Positions 52,769 through 64,000 of a stretch of 64,000 nt of DNA are shown here, in pieces; the first letter of the stretch is position 1, and each line of letters opens with the position of its first letter. The stretch is taken from contig NW_024704742.1 in assembly GCF_018977255.1 (NCBI RefSeq), positions 33,172,001 to 33,236,000 on the forward strand, read 5' to 3'. The notes below the pieces were generated by a model. The model searched no databases. It was not told where the DNA came from and saw only the letters and a list, made by a program, of their open reading frames with translations. The DNA is from Callorhinchus milii (lineage: Eukaryota). Position numbers and translations under genes: made by a program.

Positions 52769-55030
52769 TTTAAAACACAATTTCTACTTTTTAAAAATCT
52801 TGTAATTCCATTTGATATCTGGAATAAATTTAAGCTGAATTTTAACATTTAAAGTCTCTAATAAAAAGTCTCTTTCCAGGAACTTACTATGCGGGGCTCC
52901 TAAAAGATGAATCAATATACTCTCATTAAGTTTCTATCCTGACCGTTTGTAGTCAAAAAGATGAGTTCTATGCAAAATCCAATACTAATTGTGTAACATT
53001 TTTTAACTGAGTAAACAGAGTTTAGATCATTCTCTCACTCTCTCTCTCTCCTCCAAATGCAGTACTACTGAGAATGAGCTGCTCTGCTGACTGATGCTGT
53101 TATGTTAGTGAATTTGAAAGTGATGTGCCAACACTAAAACTGTTCTATGCAATATTCACAGTGGTTATTTTTAAAACTTACTTGACGTTAGTTAAACTCA
53201 TGCTGCTGCAAGCTGTTAAAAGTGAAGCATGAATTCAGCCGATGTCCTGTAATGCCTAAAAATATTCTCTGTGTACAGAACACTGCTTTTCAAAGTGAAT
53301 TGTGTTCACTCTGCCTTTCCCCAGAAAGGCTGGTTGATCCTCAATCTGAAAATTATTGTTTTTATATCTTGATTTCTCCAAGACCCAAATGCATCTCCCA
53401 GGACTTGTAGTGTTTGAGTTTTGTGTGAGGGACTTGGCTGTGGCAGATTTAGAAGTAAATTGTCCTTTTTCAATGGGCAACTGGATCAAGTCCAATTAAC
53501 TTTTTGTCAAAACATACAATTTGAAAAACTATAGCACAGAAGGAGGAAGGATATCATCCGGCCCATGCTGGTGCTAGTTGCTACACTAAAGCTGTGCACT
53601 TAATCCTAATTCCCAATTCTTTCCCTGGACTGTTTATTTATTGATTCTCTCAATATTCTCCTCAAATTTCTTGTTAGATGTTAGTAGCTACTTCAGCAGA
53701 TGTTACACGTTAGTAGCAACTTGTGGCAAGGCATTCCAAGCTAGAGCAACTTATTTTGGGGCAACTTAATCTTTGATATCCACTGTTGCTGCTGGGTTAG
53801 TTTGTGTTACAGTTTACCTGAGGTTCTCTTCCCTCTTCCTGACCAACAGAGGAGCAGCTACAGCACTTCCTCTCTCTTGGATGCCAACAGGACCAATTAG
53901 CAACGGTTTACCCCTAATTCACATTCAAATCCCTGACTTTCTCGTGTCTTGGACATCCTCCCCATGTGAAAGACGCTATGCAAATCTAATATTGTGTTGC
54001 ATTGTACTGTATCGTATTGTACAGCTCCTTCTCAATCGATGCCCCTTCATTCACAAGTGCCTCCACCTGTCAATCAATCCAATTTACCAATTCCACTGCT
54101 CCCATTGCCTCCCTTGTTCTTCCCCGTTCCTCCGCCCCCCTCACGGATTGACAGCCCAACTCCAATCGCTTCAGTCGGCTGTCAATCCTCTTATCTTTCT
54201 CTCTTCCACTGATAAACGTCTCTTTCAATGACACCTGCAGATAACAGTTAAAACATTGGCCACATTCAGTTCAGTTTCCATTTCTTTGCACTTTCATGCA
54301 GTATGTTGCATCAGGATACATGATTTGAGTTCAAGCTGTACATCTGCTGGGAGTCAATATCTCTGTTGATCTTTTGATAACTAAATAACATAAGAAAAAA
54401 TAGTAACATGGAAACCTACATTACAGAAGGAGGCGATTCGGCCCATTAAAACCCACTGGCTGACAGAGCAAGGAGATCCATTCAATCCCACTGCCCCGTG
54501 TTATCCCCATACCCTTCAAACAGTGGTGGACTTACTCCCCAAAAGGATTCAGGATTCGGCATAAAACCTTTCTTTTAAAAATTGTGTATGGGCTTAAATA
54601 GGAGGGTGGGATCCAATTTCCCATTTAGTCAGTCCACTCCTGCCCTCAAGCCACTCTCTATTGTATGCCTAGCTATTTCCTTCTAGAAAGCCACAATTGA
54701 CTCCATCACCATTCTGTGTGCCAACAACTCTCTGTTGGCTGCTAACATTCAGAAGTTGTTATACTAATATTCTCTTCCAGCACAAGAACTTCTTCGATCC
54801 AATTGGGACAAAGTGCAGTAGCCTGATATTTGTATGCATCATCAGTGGCCCACCCACAGCTGGTGTTTAAAATAGCGACCAGACAACCTGAAAAGACCCT
54901 TTGTGTCAAATTATTGTGTTAAGATCAGGAGGGAGAGGAGTGAAGTATATTGGCTGGTGTCGACATCCAAAACCTGTTGATTATTATTTCTTTTTTAATT
55001 GATTCAATTCAATCATTTTCTCAGGTGTCA

Positions 55031-55426
55031 CCCTGGCTCAGTTGGTAGCATTCTCTCCTCTGAATCAGAAATATGTGGGCTCAAGCCCAAGTCAGGACTT
55101 TGACACTCCAGTGCACTGTTGGTGGAGTGTTGCATTATTGAAGGTGCTTTCCTTCAGATAAGACATTAAACTAAGATCCTGTCTGCCTGTTCAGGTGGAT
55201 GTTAAAGATCCCAGGGCATTACTCGAAAAGAAAAGGGAGTTTCTCTGGTCTCCTGAGCAACAATCTCCCAAATAACATTGGTCACTCACAGCAATGCTAC
55301 ATGCAAGTTAGCTACCACATTCCCCAACAAAAATAGTCTCCCTCTACAGTACATCCTGTGTAGTGTTTTGAAATGTCCTCCCATCATAAAAGGCTCTATA
55401 TCAAAGGCAAGGATTGTTATTATTAT
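55031..55426 (+). mobile_element. SacSINE1/LmeSINE1-like SINE
   Basis: Same head, body and tail as the 52332 and 63098 copies. Confidence 0.8.
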
Positions 55427-57859
55427 GAAATGTATCACATATGTCATCACCCCCCTTATGTGCCCACAAAACCCACTCATGACAACTCATCAGAAAGCAG
55501 TGTTGATGGTGTCAAGCTGAGCAGCTCTTTCACTCACTGAGAATCGTCTCACCCAGAAGGCAATGAGATAAAAGCAAATCAAAAAAACTACGCATAAAAA
55601 AGTTAAAAGGAATTGTTTGCAAAAGATCAAACACCAGTAGAATTCATTAGTGTTCGTATGTTTAAAAATGCATTAAGATTCATTAAATTGGAATATTTTA
55701 GGTAAAGATGCCTTTACCAGCAACAATGTAATAGTATCTATAATTCAGCTTGTTATTAACTCCTTTTGTATTTTTAATCTGCTTTTGAAAAATTCAGGTG
55801 CTCTTTATAGTTTTCGATCCTGCCTCGAGTAGATTTATTCCTGACCTTTAGTGTTATTTTCATAATGTATTTCATTATCCCATAGCCTTTTGGAACATGC
55901 ATTATAAATACACACCTGTCACAGCACACCGCCCATGGGTTGACAAGTTGCATACAGTATTCCGTGGCACACCATTTGTTGTTAAGATTGTAACACTGCT
56001 CGACTTGAATTACTCTTTCTGAAATTAATTTAACATTGCAAAATCCAACACGTTGGACGTTTGCTCTTGGTTTGCTCTTGATTCAAATCTAATTTTGACT
56101 CCTGGCTTGCCAGTAAATTTCCTGATCTCAGAGAACATTTCCCAAGGTCAGCGAATGAGCACAGCGGCCTCAATATTCCAATCCAATATTTGATTAAAGG
56201 CTTGGAGGATTTGGCGGGAGATGAACAATTATATGTTACATGGTTTATGGAAGTGCCATGCAATTCACATTCAGGTTAATATTGATCTGATTAAGTGTTA
56301 AGTGATTATAATTCAGCTTTCTACTAATAAATAATTATTACATAATAAGTTTTAGCTACTACTTTATGGGTATAATTGCAATTACAACTGCATTCTATTT
56401 TCCTGTTTCACCCAGCGAAGGATATCTCACTTTAAAGTAAGTGCAAGCTCTTAGGTGCTATGACTGCAGTGATTTTTACCAGCCATCCCTTCGATGAGAT
56501 GTTAAATCGAGGTCCCATCTGCCTAAACAGGACCCGTTACATATCCTATTGCACTGCTCGATAAGAGAAGGGAGTTGTCCAAAATAGATACATTTGTCAT
56601 TTATTTGTTTGTGGGAGACTGCTGTGCACAAATTGCCTGCAAAATACTATCACTACAATTTATAGTAAATTCTTTGAAGTGTTTTGTCCTTTCAACCTGA
56701 AAGGCACTACATCAAATGCAAGGATTATTTTTATTATCAAGTAAATGGTGCTTAATGATGCACAATTTTAGCTGCTACACTTCACAGTAAATCCTGTGAA
56801 GTACTTAAGAGATGTCCTTCTGACTTCAAGGGTGCAATATTAAATGCAAGTTTTATTTAGAATAGGTTGTGTTAAACCTTTAATTCTCTAAATGATTTTC
56901 AGTGCTGTAACATCATTGCAATTGCCATCCCAATATAGTTGCATGTCTTTTGGCAACATAACAACATGGTTATTAGAGTCAGCATCAACAAGTCAGCCAG
57001 TAAGCAGCTTGGGATCCTCGTCATTTGAAAATCTTCAACCCTTCAGTTGCAATAAACATCAAGTAAAGTCAATAGAGTCTTCTTGTTGCTGCTTAGATCA
57101 ACACATCCAGCGATACATGTATAATATAATTAACAATCCTTTCATTTAATATAACACCTTATCCTATCATTCAGATGTCTCAAAGTGCTTCACAGGATTT
57201 TAGTGTTAAGTGAGAGTTTCTTTGTAGACAAATACGGAGGCCAGTTTGGACAGAGAAATTGATTATAGCCAACACAATTGGAGGGGAGGTTGAACATAGT
57301 GGAGATTCCTTTAAATACTTTGAAATTGTACCTGATCTGGGAAAAAGGACAGATCGTTCTACAGTACAGCACTGGCAACCTCTATTTGAAAATTAGCACG
57401 GATGGTTTCCAAAGGGTAGTGATCTCTTTGACATAAAGTTAATTCAAATGAATAAGCATTACCCCTCTGAAATCACACATGTACTTGGGAAAAAAAGCAG
57501 CACAATGAAGAATAAGACACTGAAACCTTCCTCCTAGGGGTATCTGGTACCTGTTTTCCCGTCACCTTGGCCAAAAATCCCGAGACAAGGGGTGGGGAAA
57601 TCTGAAAAGGGCGAGGTGTGGAAGATGGCTGAAAGCATGGTGAAAGTGGCAGGCTTTGAATGTGAGAAGGGGAAAGGGTGAGATTCTTATAAGTGACAGG
57701 TAAAGCATTTGCATACTTTGAACCCCTATGGTGTCCCTTTGACCTCAATCCTAAGTGCTAAATACAACAATCAATGTCCATTTTGCCATTGGTACCTTTG
57801 AATATCCAGGCATCTGCAAGATCACCACAGTCCTTCATAAAAGTGCAGTCACACACGCC

Positions 57860-59431
57860 CTTTACATGTAACACTTGTACATTTTATTTTAATTAAATCA
57901 GCCATCGTACACATTGCAGTTGCTATGTATTTGTTAGTGTTTTAATTTTGTTTCCATTTATCCTTATTCTAATACATGCCCTCATAGATATCATATACAA
58001 TATTTGTTATCACATTGGGAACAAGATGCTGAGTCGTCAACTTAAAATTCACTTCTTCTCACAGTCTGAAGTTCTTTGATTACACAGCAAATAAAATAAA
58101 GTGAAATAAAACAAAAAAGTATAAACCAAAATGTAATTACAGAGACATCATCTGCGCTGTAAATAACACCACAGGGCATGGCTAGAACAGATATGCACTC
58201 CTTCCATCGGTCTTCATAGTCAGTCAATGCAGGCGTACAAACTACCAAAATAAGCACTGGCAATCTGCCTGCACTGTCCAACCGAGTCAATATATTTCTT
58301 TATTTAACTTTCTGAGCACTGAGCGAATTTTGTCCTTATATTAAACAAATATCCATAATAACTTAAGAAATGTACAATAAGATTTCATGAACACATTAAA
58401 GAAAGGAGAGAACCAAACAATTCAAAATACTATATAATCAATATCATTGGATCGTGTTTTTGTTTTTCCTTTTCGGAGGCAGTGAGCTGAACTATTTCCC
58501 CAGTGCAAAGATGGTTAAACAAGCCTATATATGATTACCACAGCTATAAATACTACATGCATGTACAAAAAGAAGCCAGTCTTGTTAAATAATGCTGAAA
58601 TAACCAAAGTATTCGGTCTGGGTTCTTTTTCCTTTTGTAACGTTCATCTCAGTTTCAGTTATCTACAGTGCAGGTGCCAGTAGAAACAATCAAACCGCAG
58701 GAACAAGAGCATGTGGATTGGTGGAAGCAGTGAAGAAAGTTGCAAGTTCTAGAAACAAGTAATGGCAGCATGAATTACACGACCAAATGTAGTAGCCACT
58801 TTTAAAATTCATACTAATGCAGTGGATGCAGAAAGGTCTGATACATTAAGTACAGATGCTAGCATATTTATTAAGCTATTCGACTTCAAGAAATTTGAGG
58901 GACTGCAAGAGTCTCAAGTTGCTCCCTATTAGTCCTGCACACTCACGATCTGTCACTATGGCAACACTTAGCAATTCTCTGTTCGGCAATCAAGAAGGGA
59001 CTTTTGTGTTCATTGGCGATCTGTGTAGTCAAGATAGGAGTGTCTTAGTCTCGCAAGCTGAAACGGTTTTACCATGTAGGTTTTTTTGTGTGGTAAAGTC
59101 CTTTTGCAACAGAAAATGAGAAGAGGCCTGTGGATGAAGTTGATATTCTGTGAGCATTGGACCTGATGGTGCAGATTGGAGGCAGCAAGGATTAGTGTGT
59201 TCCTAGTACAGCTGTAAGAGGAAGCTCTGGTGTTCAAACAGTAGTAGCCATCCAAAGATATGGATGCCATCTTTGGTCACAAATTAGCTTACGGTAAAGA
59301 GAAAAGGCGAATTCAATTCTACTTTCCTCACGGATACCTCAGTGTCTTCAGATGGAAAATAATATACAATTCTTCCTGTGAAGTAGTTTGAGCAGTGGGG
59401 ACAGAATAGATATGTGTGATGTCTTAGCTGT
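57860..59431 (-). other. ANK2: ANK2 3' UTR with candidate poly(A) signal
   Basis: Repeat-free AU-rich stretch downstream of the stop. AATAAA on the - strand at 57883-57888. The end is approximate. Confidence 0.6.
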
Positions 59432-59615
59432 TTATTTTCTCTCCTGTATCCAGTCCTCGCCACAGAAACGACCGAGAAGTTCTTGTAGGTCGTGTTTCAG
59501 GTCATCATGTTGTAGTGCTTCAGGCACATTCTCTAGCTGTTCCTCGTGTATGTGCTTCCCCTCCCGATCCGTCACCACAGTCCTCTTCTGTGTGCTAGCT
59601 TTACTCATGGTCGTC
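59432..59615 (-). CDS. ANK2: Ankyrin-2 terminal coding exon, long frame (R)TTMSKASTQKRTVVTDREGKHIHEEQLENVPEALQHDDLKHDLQELLGRFCGEDWIQERK*; the alternative frame gives DDHE*
   Basis: ttttcag acceptor on the - strand. Translation resembles the ankyrin-B alternative C-terminus as I recall it (RTTMSKA..QKR..V..L.R.CKED), and the short frame parallels the canonical DNNE* end. Synteny with CAMK2D. Confidence 0.88.
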
Positions 59616-59775
59616 CTGAAAAGACAGAGGGAGAGAAAAGGGGAAACCAAGGAGAGAGGCGTAAGGCAAACATCAATAATCAACATAAAGAGAGGGAAAG
59701 AGAAAAACAAAAGCCAAATAGTAATAAAACCAAAGACAGAAACCAAGAGACCAGGGAAAGGATGAGAAAGCACAA

Positions 59776-59877
59776 GAGTGAGAGTGCAAAGGTAAGAGTG
59801 AGAGTGCAAAGGTAAGAGTGAGAGAGCAAAGGTAAGAGCGAAAGAAAGAGCGAAAGAGCGAAAGAGCGAAAGAGCGA

Positions 59878-59957
<80 letters not shown>

Positions 59958-59960
59958 AAA
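59776..59960. repeat. 20-bp minisatellite (gagtgagagtgcaaaggtaa x3) grading into (aaagagcg)n and (aaag)n
   Basis: Read directly from the sequence. Confidence 0.97.
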
Positions 59961-61206
59961 GAAATCCAGCAGAGCGAGAGAACCACAAGGAGAGCAAAAG
60001 GAATAAGGAAGAGAGAGAAAACCAAAATTAGTAAAGAAAACAGTAAAGAATGAAGCACAAAACAGATAAAAAGAGTGAGTGTATTAAAGTGTAATGGGAT
60101 AACCAGGGAGAGAGAGAGTTCAGTGAAAGAGTAACCAATGACACTAATACTACAGTATTTCTGAAGTTCCTTGTCAGTTTATTAAAATTTCTTTTTTTTT
60201 AATGAATTTGAATTGACTTGTATTTGGCGAGGCATAAACCTCACTCAAGAACTAATATTACACTTTCAACTTTGGCATTGGCTATGGTACCTCAGTTGAG
60301 AGGATGATTGATGAAGATATGAACATCCCTAAAATTAAATCTCAGGTTGCTGAAGATGTTTGGAATTTTTTGTGTGTCAGCTGGGTGTCTGACACGTGCA
60401 GAAACCCATCACCGTGCTTAAGAGTATCCAAGAAAGTTCCGAGGATGGCATCTACTCATGGAAATTCTCAGTCTCGAATAGAAATGCACATTCTCTCTTT
60501 GGACGGATGGAACTTGTTTAGGTAAACAATCATGCTCTAGAGACAATAAAGAAAAATGCTCTGTGATCATTTTAAGATATCTTTGGTCATTCGTGTAAAT
60601 GGTGTTTCAACCTCAAGCAATTTGTGGATCTTATTTGAAGGCGGAGGGTGGCTGCTATCTTGAATGTACAATATTTGTTATTATTTACAACCTTCACCTG
60701 CTCTGAGAAATGTTGTGAATATGGATGTTAGTACTAAGTCCATGTAGGTTCTGATTTGCATGGGAAACTGTCGTCATGAGTGTTCCATGGGACACAAGCT
60801 GAAGCAGAATAAAAATTCTTATTGAGACTGAGAAATCACATACTTTATACATTATAAATACTGAACGCCCAGGAGTGAGGACAGTTTTCTACAGTGGGAT
60901 ACCGTTTATTCCAAACAAGCCTTGATGTCTCAGTAACCCTGGGTGTATTATTATTGCTATGCATTATATAGAAATCTTTGTCTTAAATTAACATTCTTTA
61001 ATCCAGAACAAGATTGGAATGAACAGATTTGTTATTCTAATTGCTCCCTTGAGAAACAAGTTTCCCCCTGAACTTTATGATTGATAAGTCATGCTCGGAA
61101 GCTTATAGACATTTTATTCATCTTGAGATTGTTTTAATGCCATCAATAGATGTCACAACCAATTCCAACTGTGAGTACACTCCACTATTGCAACAGTTTT
61201 GTGCTT

Positions 61207-62325
61207 CAACAACAACAAAATTACATTTGTAAAGTGCTTTTCACATCAGGAGGAGGTCCCAAGGCACTGGACAGACAGAGTTACGTACCTGAGCTGGGGG
61301 TCAGGGAGGGTGGAGGGCAGGGGGGGAAGCAGGGAGATCGAAAGTACAGTCGAAGAGGAGGGTCTTAAGATGGGTCTTGAAGGTGGCAAGGGAGGAGGCG
61401 AGGCAGAGGGACTGGAGGATGGAGTTCCAGAGGGTGGGGGCAGAGTGGCAGAAGGCCCGCCCGCCAATAGTGGGGCATGCGAGACGAGGGACGTGAAGCA
61501 GGCCGGCGCCCGCTGAGCGGCAGGAGCGAGCAGGATGGTAGGGGGTTAGGAGGTCGCAGAGGTAGGAGGGAGCAAGACCATGGAGAGCTTTGAAGGTGAG
61601 GACCAGAATCGTGAACTGTATCCTCTATGTGATGGGCAGCCAGTGGAGTTGGGCGAGGATGGGGGTGATAGGGTCGCGGAGCCGAGTGCGGGAGAGGACA
61701 CGGGCTGCAGAGTTCTGGATGATCTGCAGCCTGTGGAGGGAGTAGTTGGGGAGGCCGACAAGTAATAAGTTTGCATAGTTAAACCTCCATCAAGCGTTAG
61801 CACAGGGGACCAAGGACAGAGCTGCTGAGGAATGCCATACGAGACCATCTGGGGGCTGCAGAAGAAGCGTTTGTGGAGATGAAGTGCAGGCGGTGTGAGG
61901 GGTACGATCTGAACCAGTCAAGGACAGAGTCGTGGAGGTTGAGGTGAGAGGAGAAGCGGTAGATGAGGATAGAGTGATCGACGGTGTTGAAAACAGCAGA
62001 GATGTCAAGGAGGACGAGGAGGCAGAGGGAGCCCTGGTCCCAGATGGACAGAATGTCATTAGTCACTTTGACCAGAGCTGTTTCTGTGCTGTGAGCGGCA
62101 CGGAAACACGATTGGAGGGGTTCGAGAAGGGAGTGGAGGGAGAGGAAGGAACGAAGCTGGGAAGCAACAACTCATTCCAGGACCTCGGAGGGGAAAGGGA
62201 AGATGGAGATGAGGCAATAGTTAGGGAGTAGAGAAAGGTCCAAGGAGAGTTTTTTAAGAATAGGAGTGATGACCGCAGTTTTTAATGGGGTGGGAACAGT
62301 ACCAGAGGACAGGGAGAGGTTGCTA
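61207..62325 (-). mobile_element. Internally deleted L2 LINE
   Basis: LLVLLDISAVFNTVDHSIL..WFRSY, L2 tail at 61207. Similar to the other L2 copies. Confidence 0.92.
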
Positions 62326-62659
62326 TAAAAAAAGTTAAAAAAAATAAACCCTCCAGTAAACTCAAGTTAGCTTCACGTGTTTGTTCTAGAGTTACCCTGG
62401 TTAATGGTTAGTGTATACTGATCACAACGTCACTTACACAACAGTGACCACTGTTCAAACACTAACTGTTCACACGTCACTAAAGCAGGCAGACCTCCAT
62501 CAAGCGTTAGCTGGTCAGTGGTACTCCTTTGCAGGAGAAACAAGAATGCTACAAGCCAACCCAAACCTTTTAATAACTGATCCATCCTCTTTTACAATCT
62601 CTTTCTGAACTACATTTGGGATGTAGTCTTTTCCGTGGCTCCCTGCAAAACTTAAAGCC

Positions 62660-63830
62660 TGGGTGAAATGGAAGACAATACAAATTTAAAGGAGGTGTGA
62701 ATATTACTGCGATGACAATGTGTGCAATCCTTCTCAGTGAAGTCAATCAAAAAGGTAAGCAGGATATTGGGCTATATTGCTAAATCAGTTGAGTTTAGAA
62801 GCAGAGCGCTGTCACATTCAGGCTATATAGTGCTCTGATCAGACTGAACCAAGTGCTGTAGAAAACAATGAGATTGATCCTCAGGAATGAGTTTTGAATA
62901 ACGATTAGACAAGCTGCTTTATTCAGTCATGAGAGAAGATGACTCAAAGGGAACCTCATAGAGGTGTATAAAATTGTAATGGGATTAAAAAAGTAAACCC
63001 AGAACAATGTTTTAGAATGCACCAAGACTGTAGATCAACAGGACATAGGTTTAGAGTTGCAATTTCAGGACAGATAGCAGGAAGTTCTGCTTTACGCAGC
63101 TTGGCTCAGTGTTGGCACTCTTGCCTCTGAGTCAGAAGGTTGTAGGTTCAAATCCCACATCGGGTCTTGAACTCACATAGTCTAAGGTGACACTCCAATG
63201 CAGTGCTGGAGGTGTGTTGCATTGTCGGAGGCGCTGTCCTTCGGATAAGACTTTAAACCGAGAGCATCTGCCTGTTCTCCCCCGACCCCCAGCTCGGCTC
63301 TGAAACGCTGTACACTGTCCAGCACCTTGGGACGTCCTCCCGACGTGAAAGGCGCTATACAAATGTAATCTTGTTGTTATTATTGTTGTTGTTCAGGTGG
63401 ACATTTAAGATCCCATGTCACTATTTGAAAAGAGAAGGGAGTTTCTCCTGGTGTCCTGACCAATAAATAAATCGCTTAAATAAAATTGTTCACTAACTCA
63501 ATGGCTGTTTGTGGGACATTGCTGTGCACAAATTGCTGCTGCATTTGCCCACAAAATACAGTCACTCCACTTTACTGAATATCCTGCGAGGCATCTCAAT
63601 GACGTTGATAAGGCATTATATCAAATGCAGGGATTATTATTATTATTATTACTTAGAGGGTAATTAATGACTAGAACAAGTTTCCAGGAAAGGTATTTGA
63701 AGCCAGGACACTGGACTCATTTAAAAAGCCACTTGAAAGAATATTATGGGAAGACGATAGGGTGGGTATTCTCAAGGGATGAGATCAGATAGGTTGAAGA
63801 GCCTTCCTCATGCAAACTGATCTGGTGAAC
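62660..63830 (+). mobile_element. CR1 fragment interrupted by a Deu SINE (63098-63650), itself interrupted by an L2 tail (about 63278-63393)
   Basis: CR1 sequence stops at tttacgcag and resumes at agagggtaattaatgactagaacaag. The SINE consensus ctgcctgttc|aggtggac is split by the L2 tail. Confidence 0.85.
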
Positions 63831-64000
63831 TTACGAAAAAAAAGATTGGTGCAATGATCATATCTTTCCAGCAAATCAAAGTGGAGGTGCTGTGTCATTG
63901 TGATCAGAATAGGATCTCCGACTGTATGAAAAGCTTTAACGCTGCTTTTGAGACAACCATTAGCCACATCAGTTTCTACCTTATACAGATAGCACCTTAT

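Noticed and set aside
59776..59960. CRISPR-like array
   Set aside because: Simple tandem repeat without unique spacers, in eukaryotic context.
59616..60058. Hydrophobic N-terminus of the 208-aa ORF as a membrane protein (small-ankyrin-like)
   Set aside because: Non-ATG start, and it is the translation of the (TTTC)n/pyrimidine intron tract upstream of a clear acceptor.

Overview
Vertebrate genomic DNA, most likely from a cartilaginous fish. That assignment is inferred from the Deu-domain/tRNA SINEs, L2/CR1 LINEs and Penelope-type repeats and is not proven. The + strand (about 2.3-41.8 kb) carries the 3' two-thirds of CAMK2D (CaMKII delta). I traced its exons by hand with GT-AG boundaries and consistent phases: two alternative 73-nt kinase exons, the rest of the kinase domain, the regulatory segment, variable linker exons, the hub domain and a 3' UTR exon. 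The first five exons lie outside the window. A repeat-rich spacer of about 16 kb follows, then the terminal exon and 3' UTR of ANK2 on the - strand, in the tail-to-tail arrangement known from other vertebrates. Points of most interest: (1) a candidate extra CaMKII-delta linker exon cluster at 33.6-33.9 kb, with a possible in-frame hydrophobic extension; (2) an alpha-like Cys-Met redox pair in a delta kinase; (3) a roughly 526-nt AG-free zone with a distant branch-point motif before a dual-frame ANK2 last exon; (4) an intronic hAT element with TIRs, TSD and an intact BED-finger ORF that also contains a copy of nearby host DNA; (5) a perfect 25-bp-stem intronic hairpin; (6) a Penelope-associated hammerhead-ribozyme core. 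Most of the supplied ORFs are spurious or transposon debris. I see no clear evidence for a wholly new system; these leads concern splicing and transposons.
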